Below the pieces are notes generated by a model, which did no database searches, was not told where the DNA came from, and saw nothing but the letters and a program-made list of their open reading frames with translations. This document shows positions 20,076 to 27,942 of a stretch of DNA of 51,828 nt, one piece after another (positions within the stretch are counted from its first letter, which is position 1; each line of letters starts with the position of its first letter). This stretch comes from Cyanobacteria bacterium J06626_4 (GTDB lineage Bacteria; Cyanobacteriota; Cyanobacteriia; Phormidesmidales; Phormidesmidaceae). The stretch is from assembly GCA_038523235.1 (NCBI GenBank), contig JBCBJQ010000035.1, positions 1-51,828 of the forward strand, in the 5' to 3' direction. The translations under genes and the position numbers were made by a program.

Positions 20076-20104
20076 TAGACGGGCAGTCCACAGTTGCTTG
20101 TAAT

Positions 20105-20182
20105 TGGTGTGACCGACGAGAGTCGAACTCGTTAATACTGGTTTCACAAACCAGCCCCGCCACCACTTTGGGTTCGGTCACC
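20105..20182 (-). tRNA. tRNA-His(GTG)
   Basis: G-1, GTGACCG/CGGTCAC-A-CCA; loop TTGTGAA. Confidence 0.8.
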
Positions 20183-20199
20183 ATATATTTTGATGAGAA

Positions 20200-20275
20200 T
20201 GGTCGGGATGGTAGGATTCGAACCCACGACTCCTTGGCCCCAAACCAAGGCTTCTGACCACTGAATTACATCCCG
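20200..20275 (-). tRNA. tRNA-Pro(TGG)
   Basis: CGGGATG/CATCCCG-A-CCA; loop TTTGGGG. Confidence 0.88.
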
Positions 20276-20277
20276 AT

Positions 20278-20355
20278 TGGTGCTCCTGGTAGGAGTCGAA
20301 CCTACACATGAACTGTTTCTAAGACAGTCGCCTCTGCCAGTTGGGCTACAGGAGC
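20278..20355 (-). tRNA. tRNA-Leu(TAG), short variable loop
   Basis: GCTCCTG/CAGGAGC-A-CCA; loop CTTAGAA. Confidence 0.88.
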
Positions 20356-20404
20356 ATGAACAGGAGGATAGAGCGTGGCTAGGCCACAAGCTCATGCCCC
20401 CCGA

Positions 20405-20478
20405 CAGGGAAGGAAGGAATCGAACCCTCAAACATCTGATTCAAAGTCAGATCGCTTTGCCAATTTGCGTACTTCCCT
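20405..20478 (-). tRNA. tRNA-Gln(TTG)
   Basis: AGGGAAG/CTTCCCT; loop CTTTGAA. Confidence 0.88.
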
Positions 20479-20586
20479 ATATAACGCCGACCAAATCGCT
20501 GACTACACCGAGTAAAGTTGAAACCTTTGCCATAGAAGCGATCTGGCTCGCAGTCTGGTCCTAACTGGACTGGCGACTGCGATCAA

Positions 20587-20688
20587 TGGATGCCGAGGCT
20601 GGATTTGTTCGCGCAGCGTCTCCGTTAGGAGTTACCAGCATCTCCGTGATTCAGAGTCACAGTGACTTTCCAAGTTGTCCACTCGGCA
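20587..20688 (-). tRNA. tRNA-Gln(CTG), interrupted in T-loop (20608-20632)
   Basis: TGCCGAG/CTCGGCA-T-CCA; loop CTCTGAA; GCTGG-TA[25 nt]CAAAT-CCAGC. Confidence 0.8.
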
Positions 20689-20693
20689 ATGAA

Positions 20694-20768
<75 letters not shown>

Positions 20769-20773
20769 ATGTA

Positions 20774-20846
20774 TGGGAAGTGACAGGATCGAACTGTCAT
20801 CTCGCCGTCTTCAGCGGCACGTGAGCACCAGCTTCACCAACTTCCC
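20774..20846 (-). tRNA. tRNA-Phe(GAA) with G37
   Basis: GGGAAGT/ACTTCCC-A; TGCCG-CTGAAGA-CGGCG. Confidence 0.85.
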
Positions 20847-20849
20847 ATT

Positions 20850-20934
20850 TGGCGGAGAGTAGAGGAATCGAACCCCTAGCTGTTAACTACCCTGGTTTTC
20901 AAGACCAGTTGCCGACCATTCAGCGGTACCCTCC
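20850..20934 (-). tRNA. tRNA-Ser(TGA)
   Basis: GGAGGGT/ACTCTCC-G-CCA; loop CTTGAAA; long variable arm. Confidence 0.88.
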
Positions 20935-20940
20935 ATGAAA

Positions 20941-21043
20941 TGGCGAGAACGGAAGGATTTGTTCGCGTGAGCGTCTCCGTTAGGAGAAACCTTCAGTCTT
21001 CGGTTTCGTAGACCAAGATGTTTTCCAGTTACACCACGTTCTC
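20941..21043 (-). tRNA. tRNA-Arg(ACG), interrupted in T-loop (20962-20987)
   Basis: GAGAACG/CGTTCTC-G-CCA; loop CTACGAA; GAAGG-TT[26 nt]CAAAT-CCTTC. Confidence 0.8.
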
Positions 21044-21049
21044 ATCAGG

Positions 21050-21131
21050 CGGAGAGCAGTGGACTTGAACCACAGACGCCAATCCCATCTGTTTAGCAAA
21101 CAGCGCCGATCGCCTGATCGGTTTACTCTCC
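21050..21131 (-). tRNA. tRNA-Ser(GCT), possibly degenerate
   Basis: GGAGAGT/GCTCTCC-G; loop TTGCTAA; poorly paired variable arm. Confidence 0.7.
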
Positions 21132-21149
21132 ATAAATTTAGACAACATC

Positions 21150-21310
21150 AGTACGGGATAAGAGAGAGCCTACCTGCCTAGTCGATGTTCCCCTCTCGGG
21201 AGGGGTTAGGGGTGGATTTCCGGCTCATTGCCAAGGGGTTGACCCACCCCGGCCTATGGCCACCCCTCCCATGGAGGGGATATTTCAGCCAGGTTTCTTT
21301 AACCCATACT
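21150..21310. mobile_element. MITE-like palindromic repeat inserted in the tRNA array
   Basis: Imperfect outer inverted repeat; CCCCTCTCGGGAGGGG-TTAGGGGTGG...CCACCCC...CCCCTCCCATGGAGGGG. Confidence 0.6.
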
Positions 21311-21323
21311 CAGGTTAGACAGG

Positions 21324-21406
21324 TGGGCAGGGAGGGACTCGAACCCCCAACGGTCAGGGACGACTGGTTTACAATCAGCCTGCTTCAGCCATTTGCATAC
21401 CTACCC
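21324..21406 (-). tRNA. tRNA-Tyr(GTA)
   Basis: GGGTAGG/CCTGCCC-A; loop TTGTAAA; long variable region. Confidence 0.85.
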
Positions 21407-21409
21407 ATT

Positions 21410-21486
21410 TGGCAGTGCTGATGGGAGTTGAACCCACAAACATCGACTTGAAAGATCGACGGCTTTACCAATTTGCCTACAGCACC
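21410..21486 (-). tRNA. tRNA-Glu(TTC)
   Basis: GGTGCTG/CAGCACT-G-CCA; loop CTTTCAA. Confidence 0.88.
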
Positions 21487-21515
21487 GAGAAATTTCTACG
21501 ACGTCCGCCGTAGAA

Positions 21516-21586
21516 CGCACAGACCAGGATTTGAACCCGGACAAAAGGTTTTGGAGACCTTTGTGCTGCCGTTACACCATCTGTGC
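21516..21586 (-). tRNA. tRNA-Trp(CCA)
   Basis: GCACAGA/TCTGTGC-G; AAGGT-CTCCAAA-ACCTT. Confidence 0.88.
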
Positions 21587-21661
21587 TGGTCGCAGCGGCG
21601 GGAATCGACCCCGCACCTGTCGGCTTATGAGGCCGCAGCTCTACCGTTAAGCTACGCTGCA
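21587..21661 (-). tRNA. tRNA-Met or Ile2 (CAT)
   Basis: TGCAGCG/CGCTGCG-A-CCA; loop CTCATAA. Confidence 0.8.
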
Positions 21662-21662
21662 G

Positions 21663-21738
21663 TGGACTCCAGGGCGGGAGTTGCACCCGCGATTGCTGGT
21701 TTTGCAGACCAGCGCCTTGCTAACTTGGCTACCTGGAG
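21663..21738 (-). tRNA. tRNA-Cys(GCA)
   Basis: CTCCAGG/CCTGGAG-T-CCA (U73); loop CTGCAAA. Confidence 0.88.
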
Positions 21739-21741
21739 ATT

Positions 21742-21824
21742 TGGTGGAGACGTGGAGAATTGAACTCCAGTCCTGCAGCCGTCCATTTGTCGGTTTCGGA
21801 GCAGTCAACTCCAGTTGCGTCCCC
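21742..21824 (-). ncRNA. Minimal tmRNA-like RNA (tRNA-like domain only)
   Basis: GGGGACG/CGTCTCC-A-CCA with G3.U70; D-region CAACTGGAGTTGAC; GGAC linker before T-arm; no anticodon arm or tag ORF. Confidence 0.7.
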
Positions 21825-21864
21825 ACGCACGAGGATGACCTGCTTCTGAGCAACATCCTCAACA

Positions 21865-21941
21865 TGGAAGCCTCGACGGGAGTTGCACCCGCTGCTCTGT
21901 GACTGAGAATCACAGCGACTTATCTATTCGTCCACGAGGCT
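21865..21941 (-). tRNA. tRNA-Glu(CTC)
   Basis: AGCCTCG/CGAGGCT-T-CCA; loop TTCTCAG. Confidence 0.75.
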
Positions 21942-21946
21942 ATCAA

Positions 21947-22135
21947 TAGCGGTGGCGGGACTTGAACCCGCGAGTTACCCGGCACCTTAAAACGCGCTTC
22001 CCCAACCCACATCTCTGCTTCGTCAGGTGCACTGCAAATTCGGCGATCCGGCTGCCCCTTACGTGTAATACCTGGGGGGCTATCCTCCAGCTGGTTCAAC
22101 GTTTGCTGGCGCTCTACCTCCTGAGCTACACCGCT
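21947..22135 (-). ncRNA. 189-nt tRNA-like RNA with large multibranched domain replacing the anticodon loop
   Basis: Perfect acceptor AGCGGTG/CACCGCT, D-arm GCTC/GAGC, T-arm GCGGG-TTCAAGT-CCCGC. Confidence 0.75.
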
Positions 22136-22138
22136 ATA

Positions 22139-22213
22139 CGGGAATGATGGGATTTGAACCCACGATCGCTCGTTCGACAAACGAGTGCTTTGACCGGACT
22201 AAGCTACATCCCC
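22139..22213 (-). tRNA. tRNA-Asp(GTC), first gene of array
   Basis: GGGGATG/CATTCCC-G; CTCGT-TTGTCGA-ACGAG. Confidence 0.9.
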
Positions 22214-22285
22214 AAGGTGGCAAATATTTAGTTTTCAAGGTTCTAAGGGCAGATTGTCAGCGCTGGGTAAGAGCGTGAAATCTTT

Positions 22286-22323
22286 ATACTACAAATGTAG
22301 TATACATACTACAAAAATGTCAA
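22286..22323 (-). promoter_or_regulatory. Array promoter overlapped by TGTAGTAT boxes (putative TrcR-type operator)
   Basis: Minus strand TTGACA-TTTT-TGTAGTAT-GT-ATACTACA-TT-TGTAGTAT. Confidence 0.75.
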
Positions 22324-22401
22324 GCGAATCCTTTGACTTTTTGGGAGAGGGCTGAGCAGGGCCTGGGCATAAGGGCTGAAGACCCTACTCATAGATGGGG
22401 C

Positions 22402-22782
22402 TCAAGCGGAAACCGGAGGCTCGCTGAGCTGCCACAGTCGATAGATGAGTGATTCGGCCCGCTCACCAATTGCCGCTAAAAACATCCCCTCGTGAGCATC
22501 GGGGTTGGCGGCAATCCAGCTGCCGCTGAGGCTGATTTCGACAAACTGGTCGTCGACAGGCAGCACTGCGGCACCGCGATCGGGCTCAGCTTGTAGTACG
22601 GTTTGTAACTGACCCAGCTCAGCAATTTGAGTGGGTAGCAAAAAGCCAGCGTGGCCCGGTTCTACATGCAAGGTCTGGGCCATGCCCAGCGTCAGCAGTA
22701 CGTGCTGAGCAATTACCCGCTCGGGAGCAGCCATGAGCCACTCCATGTAGAGTCCAATTTCGGTGTAGTTCAGCTTCAACAT
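22402..22782 (-). CDS. alr0857-like cyanobacterial protein
   Basis: 'MLKLNYTEIGLYME...VEISLSGSWIA...EGMF'; RBS GGAGG; follows the HNH gene. Confidence 0.75.
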   Translation of the reverse strand: MLKLNYTEIGLYMEWLMAAPERVIAQHVLLTLGMAQTLHVEPGHAGFLLPTQIAELGQLQTVLQAEPDRGAAVLPVDDQFVEISLSGSWIAANPDAHEGMFLAAIGERAESLIYRLWQLSEPPVSA

Positions 22783-22807
22783 GGGTAAGACCTCCGAGAA
22801 TGACAAC

Positions 22808-23335
22808 TTAGTCAGGGGGATGTTCGGTCCAAAACTGTTCGGCAAAGGCCATGACCGGGTGCATGGGGGCTTTGGGTTTGGTTTTGAGGGTCAGATTGGC
22901 CGTCGGTAACAGGCGATCGCCCTTGGCGCTATTGCACGGGGCGCAGGCTGTGACGACGTTGTCCCAACTGTGGGAGCCGCCCTTAGAACGGGGTATGACG
23001 TGGTCAATGGTGAGCTGTTTGGAGCTGCCGCAATACTGGCAACGGTGCTGATCCCGGCGAAAGACTTCCCGGCGCGTCACTGGGGGCACTTTCCAATGCC
23101 GCTCACGATGGCCGCCCACCAAGCGAATGTGTTCTGACACCTGCAGGACGAGGCTGGGCGATCGCACCTCCCACTGTTGAGTAGTGCCAAACTCCAGAGC
23201 CTCAGCCCGTTCGGTCACCAGCAACACGACGGCTCGCTTTAAGGTGATCCGCGCCAGGGGCAGGTAGTTTTTGGAAAACACCACCACCGGATTTTTGAAC
23301 CGGGAGAGCGTTTGACTGGCTTGTTGTGTAGGCAT
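22808..23335 (-). CDS. HNH endonuclease (small McrA-like)
   Basis: 'VFRRDQHRCQYCG...LTIDHVIPRSKGGSHSWDNVVTACAPCNSAKG'; RBS GAGG before ATG 23335. Confidence 0.93.
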   Translation of the reverse strand: MPTQQASQTLSRFKNPVVVFSKNYLPLARITLKRAVVLLVTERAEALEFGTTQQWEVRSPSLVLQVSEHIRLVGGHRERHWKVPPVTRREVFRRDQHRCQYCGSSKQLTIDHVIPRSKGGSHSWDNVVTACAPCNSAKGDRLLPTANLTLKTKPKAPMHPVMAFAEQFWTEHPPD

Positions 23336-23348
23336 CGCTAAATTCCTC

Positions 23349-23389
23349 AAAAAAATAACCCCCGCTGCTGATAGTCAGTAGCGGGGGTT
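23349..23389 (-). terminator. Intrinsic terminator abutting the HNH RBS
   Basis: AACCCCCGCTACTGA-CTA-TCAGCAGCGGGGGTT-ATTTTTTT. Confidence 0.8.
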
Positions 23390-23663
23390 GGGGAAGTTGA
23401 TACGTTTTTCCCTATATCGGTGCTCGGCTCAGCTGCCTGCACCGCCCGCGCGGTAATGGTTCTTCGGGGTTGAGCCATTGCTCAATGGCCATACCCGGTC
23501 TGTTGCCGGTGGATTTATCACTGTTAAATCGCGACTGTGCAGCCAGCCCAAAATAGGCCGCTGTCTGGCCTATCTCCTGAGGGAGATGGCTTGACAGAAC
23601 CCGATTTAAGGTGGATGGACAGTTGAAATACATGACCGGTTGATCCGTTACTTGAACGCGGAT
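23349..23663 (-). ncRNA. Structured ~310-nt leader or ncRNA upstream of HNH
   Basis: Nested helices CCGGTC/GACCGG, TTAAATCG/CGATTTAA, CTGTC/GACAG, ATCTCC/GGAGAT; hairpins GCCATTG/CAATGGC, CGGTGC/GCACCG. Confidence 0.6.
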
Positions 23664-23670
23664 GATTTTA

Positions 23671-23688
23671 ATACTACACATGTAGTAT
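23671..23688. promoter_or_regulatory. Second ATACTACA-N2-TGTAGTAT operator
   Basis: Same palindrome as 22286-22303, within a plausible TGGACA-N17-TAGTAT promoter on the minus strand. Confidence 0.75.
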
Positions 23689-23897
23689 TTTGATGTCCAC
23701 TTTTTTGGATGATGTTCTCGTAAAGACAACAGGGTAGGGGCGATCGTTTCCGGATAATCCGTCGGCGGAACGGCAACCCGCTACAGTGTTGACGGCACCG
23801 AGTCATGGCTCCTCGCTGGCACGATCGCCCCCTCACAAAGCTCCCAATCGCTGGCCTACAATACAGAAAAGTCTTTAGTCAAAAGCTGCGATCACCC

Positions 23898-24269
23898 ATG
23901 AAACCTAAGCGCCTCGGACATGTTGCCATTTGCGTGCAAGACATCAACAAAGCCGTTGAGTTTTATCAAAGCCTCGGCATGGAAGTCGCCTGGCAGGATG
24001 CCGATTGGGCTTATGTCAAAGCCGGTGATGATGGGTTGGCGCTGCTGAGCCCCGGCTATGAGCAAGCAGGCCCACACTTTGGTTTTGTGTTTAGTGATCG
24101 CGCTGAGGTCGATGCCGCCTACGATCGCCTCAAGGCCGATGGCGTCTACGTGACTCAAATTCACGACCACCGTGATGGCACCGCCTCGTTTTATGGCAAA
24201 GACCCTGACGGCAACTGGTTTGAATATCTCTACGAGCCCGCCCCTGTCGCCACCGCTGCGGCCCACTAA
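23898..24269 (+). CDS. VOC/glyoxalase family protein
   Basis: 'RLGHVAICVQDINKAVEFY...PHFGF...SFYGKDPDGNWFE'. Confidence 0.9.
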   Translation: MKPKRLGHVAICVQDINKAVEFYQSLGMEVAWQDADWAYVKAGDDGLALLSPGYEQAGPHFGFVFSDRAEVDAAYDRLKADGVYVTQIHDHRDGTASFYGKDPDGNWFEYLYEPAPVATAAAH

Positions 24270-24440
24270 ACTACCGCTGGGGGCGCAGTGATCGCCGTGT
24301 TGGTAGCGGCAATCACTGAAAATGAAAAGTCCTTGAGTTAAGAAATCCTCAAACTACACGGTTTAGTGTAAATTCCTGAGGGCTTACTTGATAATCTGGT
24401 CGAGTCTGCCTCCTCTCTCCATACTCTATGGGTTCGTCCG

Positions 24441-25613
24441 ATGACCACTAACCGTCCGCAATCGTTGCTCAAAGGTAAACCACTTTGGTGGCTGGCCGGG
24501 GGGCTACTCTTGGCGGGCGGGCTGTCGTTCGTTGGGGTGCGATCGCTGCTGCAGGCCCGCCAGGCAGAGCAGGCGGCCATGGTGGAGCCCGTGCCGCAGC
24601 GGGTGCAGGTGGCTGCCCTGGGGCGAGTGGAACCGGCAGGTCGGGTGGTCGATGTAGTGCCGTCAGAAAACGGTCGCCTCAGTCGCTTAGAAGTGGCCGA
24701 GGGTGACTCAGTGCAGGCAGATGAAATTTTGGCCTATCTCGATATCTATGACGTGCGGCGGGCTGAGCGCGACTATGCCGCGAGTCAATTAAGCGAGGCT
24801 CAGGCGCTGCTCACGGCGCAAACCCAGGTGGGTGAAGCCAGCATTCAAGAGGCGGAAACGCGGGTGGCTCAGGTCGATCAGCCGCAGCTCGCGGCGATCG
24901 CGGCACAGGAAAAGACCATCGCTAGCCTGCAGGCTGATTTGGGTATTGCCCAGGCCGACTTAGCCCGATTTGAACAGCTCTATGGTGATGGCGCGATCGC
25001 CCTGCAAGAGGTGGATCGCCAACAGGCCACGGTGCAAAAGCTACAGGAACAGATTCTCAGTGCTCAGGCGCGCCAGCGCGAGCTTGAAGTAGCCCGCACC
25101 AGCAATATGACCAACGCCGCCGCCCAAGTAGAGGCCGAAGTTGCAGGGTTGCAGCTGGCGCAGGTGCAGGCCCAAGTCGATTCGGCGGCGCAAAATTTAG
25201 CCTTGGCGGAGGCTCGCCTCGACCAAGCGCTGATTCGAGCACCCCAGGCAGGGCAAGTGTTGCAGCTGTATGCGGAACCGGGGGAAGCGGTGACCACGAG
25301 CGCCCCGATTTTGGCCTTGGGTGACACGGCGCAAATGTATGTCGTGGCGGAAGTGTATGAAACCGACGTAACCCTAGTCGAACCAGGGCAGCGGGCCACG
25401 ATTACCAGTCGCAACGGAGCCTTTGACCAGGCACTGACGGGCACGGTTGAGCGCGTGGGGCTGCAAATTTTCAAAAACGACGTGCTGGATGATGATCCGG
25501 CAGCCAATGCCGATGCCCGCGTGGTGGAGGTAATGGTGCGGGTCGATCAGAGTGCGGTGATTGCGGGGCTGACCAACCTGCAGGTCGATGTGGCGATTGA
25601 TGTGGAGTCCTAA
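24441..25613 (+). CDS. devB: DevB-family membrane fusion protein
   Basis: 'VAALGRVEPAG', coiled coil, 'MYVVAEVYETD', 'DARVVEV', 'LTNLQV'. Confidence 0.88.
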   Translation: MTTNRPQSLLKGKPLWWLAGGLLLAGGLSFVGVRSLLQARQAEQAAMVEPVPQRVQVAALGRVEPAGRVVDVVPSENGRLSRLEVAEGDSVQADEILAYLDIYDVRRAERDYAASQLSEAQALLTAQTQVGEASIQEAETRVAQVDQPQLAAIAAQEKTIASLQADLGIAQADLARFEQLYGDGAIALQEVDRQQATVQKLQEQILSAQARQRELEVARTSNMTNAAAQVEAEVAGLQLAQVQAQVDSAAQNLALAEARLDQALIRAPQAGQVLQLYAEPGEAVTTSAPILALGDTAQMYVVAEVYETDVTLVEPGQRATITSRNGAFDQALTGTVERVGLQIFKNDVLDDDPAANADARVVEVMVRVDQSAVIAGLTNLQVDVAIDVES

Positions 25614-26753
25614 ATGAAGCGGACGCCCCTGGCCGTGCTGAACCTCTTGCACGAACGCACTCGACTGCTGGTGGCGATCGCTGGGGTGGCGTTCGCGGTG
25701 CTGCTGATTTTTATGAACCTGGGCTTTCAAGGGGCGCTGCTCAAAACCACGGTCACCTTTTATGACCAGATCCAGGCCGATATCTTTCTCACCTCACCGC
25801 AGTCTTTGGAAATCAGTACGACCAAGGAATTTCCGCGCACGCGCCTCTATCAAGCAGCGGGGGTAGCGGGCGTTGAGCGCGTCATGCCGCTGTACCTGGA
25901 ATATTTGCTGTGGCGCAATCCCGAAACTCGCCTCAGTCGCGCCATGTTTGTGTTTGGCGTCAATCCCCAAGATCCCGTCTTTGCCATGCCCGAACTGCAG
26001 ACAGCTGCAGCCCGCGCCATTTTGGTGCAGCCCGATACGGTCTTGATCGATCGCCTCTCGCGAGCAGATTTTGGCCCGCAAACCGTAGGGCTAGAAACCG
26101 AAGCGAGTCGTCGTCGCGTCACCATTGGCGGCCAATATACCCTGGGCGGCGGGTTTGCCGCTGACGGCACGCTGATCATGAGCGACCAAAATTTTGTCCG
26201 GTTTTTTTCGCCGCGTTCCTTTGACCAAATTAATCTAGGCCTGATTCAGACGAATGAGGACGCGAACGTGCAGGCGATCGCGGAGCGGCTGCGGCAACAG
26301 CTGCCCGCCGATGTGCAGGTGATGACGCGGCGCGACATCATTCAAAACGACCTGCGCTATTGGCTCGAAAACACCGCGATCGGCTTCATCTTTACCCTGG
26401 GCGTGATCGTTTCTTTCATCGTGGGCACTGTCATCGTCTATCAGATTCTCTACACCGACATCCGCGACCACCTGAAGGAATATGCCACCCTCAAGGCCAT
26501 GGGCTACAGCGGTCGCTATTTGTTTGTTGTGGTGCTGCAAGAAGCGTTAATTCTTGCAGTGGCTGGTTACATTCCCGGCTTCATCGCGGCCTTTGGCCTG
26601 TATCGACTGACCTTTCAGGCCACGAATTTGCCCATGGTGATGACGCTCAATCGGCTGATTTTGGTCTTGATCCTAACGGTGATCATGTGCAGCCTCTCGG
26701 GGTTGATTTCGGTGCGACGGGCAGTGACGGCAGATCCGGCGGAGGTCTTTTAG
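25614..26753 (+). CDS. devC: DevC-family ABC permease
   Basis: 'RTPLA...AGVAFA...YQILYTD...EYATLKAMGY...ADPAEVF'. Confidence 0.9.
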   Translation: MKRTPLAVLNLLHERTRLLVAIAGVAFAVLLIFMNLGFQGALLKTTVTFYDQIQADIFLTSPQSLEISTTKEFPRTRLYQAAGVAGVERVMPLYLEYLLWRNPETRLSRAMFVFGVNPQDPVFAMPELQTAAARAILVQPDTVLIDRLSRADFGPQTVGLETEASRRRVTIGGQYTLGGGFAADGTLIMSDQNFVRFFSPRSFDQINLGLIQTNEDANVQAIAERLRQQLPADVQVMTRRDIIQNDLRYWLENTAIGFIFTLGVIVSFIVGTVIVYQILYTDIRDHLKEYATLKAMGYSGRYLFVVVLQEALILAVAGYIPGFIAAFGLYRLTFQATNLPMVMTLNRLILVLILTVIMCSLSGLISVRRAVTADPAEVF

Positions 26754-26754
26754 C

Positions 26755-27942
26755 ATGTCGATCTTGGGGATGAAACGCACACCGCTGGCCTGGCTCAATC
26801 TGACCCACGATCGCCGCAAATTCGCCACCTCGATGGCGGGGGTCGGGTTTGCGGTACTGCTGATGTTTTTGTTTACGGGCTTTAAAAATGCCCTGTATGA
26901 CAGTCAGGTGCAGGTGATTAATCGCCTCAACGCCGACATCGTCATCATTAACCGGCTCAAAAACAATATGTTTGTGCCCGCGCCCTTTGCCCGACGGCGA
27001 CTCTATCAGGCCCGCGCCTTTGACGGCGTGGCCGCCACCTATCCGCTCTATATCAGTGACGTTCGGTGGAAAAATCCGGTTACAAAGCAAACGCGCCCCG
27101 TGCGGGTATTGGCCTTTAACCTAGCGGATCCGGTGCTACCGCTGCCAGGGGTGCAGGCCAATTTAACCGCGCTCAAACTGCCCAATACGGCCTTAATCGA
27201 TACCCGCGCCCGCCCCGAAGTCGGCCCGCGCGAAGCTGGTGTCGTGACGGAATTGGCTGACCGGCAGGTGCGCATCGTCGGCACCATCAGTCTGGGCACT
27301 GACTTTGCCTCGGGCAATGGCAATCTGATCATGAGCGACCAAAACTTTTTGCGATATTTTGCCGATCGCGGCCCCGAAGAAGACGAGCGCAGCTTTGCCA
27401 CCGCCGACATTGGCCTGATCAAGGTCGAGCCGGGGGCCGATGTTGATCGCCTGGTACAGCAGCTGAGCGAGTTTTTGCCCAACGATGTCAAAGTGATGCG
27501 GCGCTCTGGCCCCGGCAATAGCTTTGAGGCGCAAGAGCGCGACTATTGGCGCGAGAGTACCAACATTGCTTTTGTCTTCTCGCTATTGACGGTGATGAGC
27601 TTTTTTGTCGGCATCATTTTGGTCTACCAGATTTTGTATACCGACGTGGCCGATCACTGGTCAGAGTACGCTACGCTCAAGGCCATGGGCTATAGCAACC
27701 GATTTTTGCTGGGCGTGGTGATTCAAGAGGCGGTGATTCTCTCCGTCTTGGGGTTCATTCCCGGTATGCTGATTAGCCGTTTGCTCTACACCGGGGCCAG
27801 CAATGCCATTGGTCTGGTCTTTCTGATGACGCCAGAGCGCATCGTCAACCTCTATCTCGCTACCTTTGCAATGTGCCTGATTTCGGGGGCGATCGCGGTG
27901 CGCAAAGTCCAATCGACTGATCCCGCTGAGGTGTTTGGCTAA
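26755..27942 (+). CDS. devC: Second DevC-family ABC permease
   Basis: Same motifs as the upstream paralog. Confidence 0.9.
   Translation: MSILGMKRTPLAWLNLTHDRRKFATSMAGVGFAVLLMFLFTGFKNALYDSQVQVINRLNADIVIINRLKNNMFVPAPFARRRLYQARAFDGVAATYPLYISDVRWKNPVTKQTRPVRVLAFNLADPVLPLPGVQANLTALKLPNTALIDTRARPEVGPREAGVVTELADRQVRIVGTISLGTDFASGNGNLIMSDQNFLRYFADRGPEEDERSFATADIGLIKVEPGADVDRLVQQLSEFLPNDVKVMRRSGPGNSFEAQERDYWRESTNIAFVFSLLTVMSFFVGIILVYQILYTDVADHWSEYATLKAMGYSNRFLLGVVIQEAVILSVLGFIPGMLISRLLYTGASNAIGLVFLMTPERIVNLYLATFAMCLISGAIAVRKVQSTDPAEVFG

Noticed and set aside
22005..22035. Hammerhead ribozyme core (CTGACGA) or group I intron in the giant tRNA
   Set aside because: No stem II followed by GAAA, and no recognisable P7 or other group I core; the insert is too short.
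22808..23663. IscB/omega-RNA (OMEGA) system
   Set aside because: The protein is only about 175 aa with no PLMP or RuvC motifs, and no transposon ends are visible.
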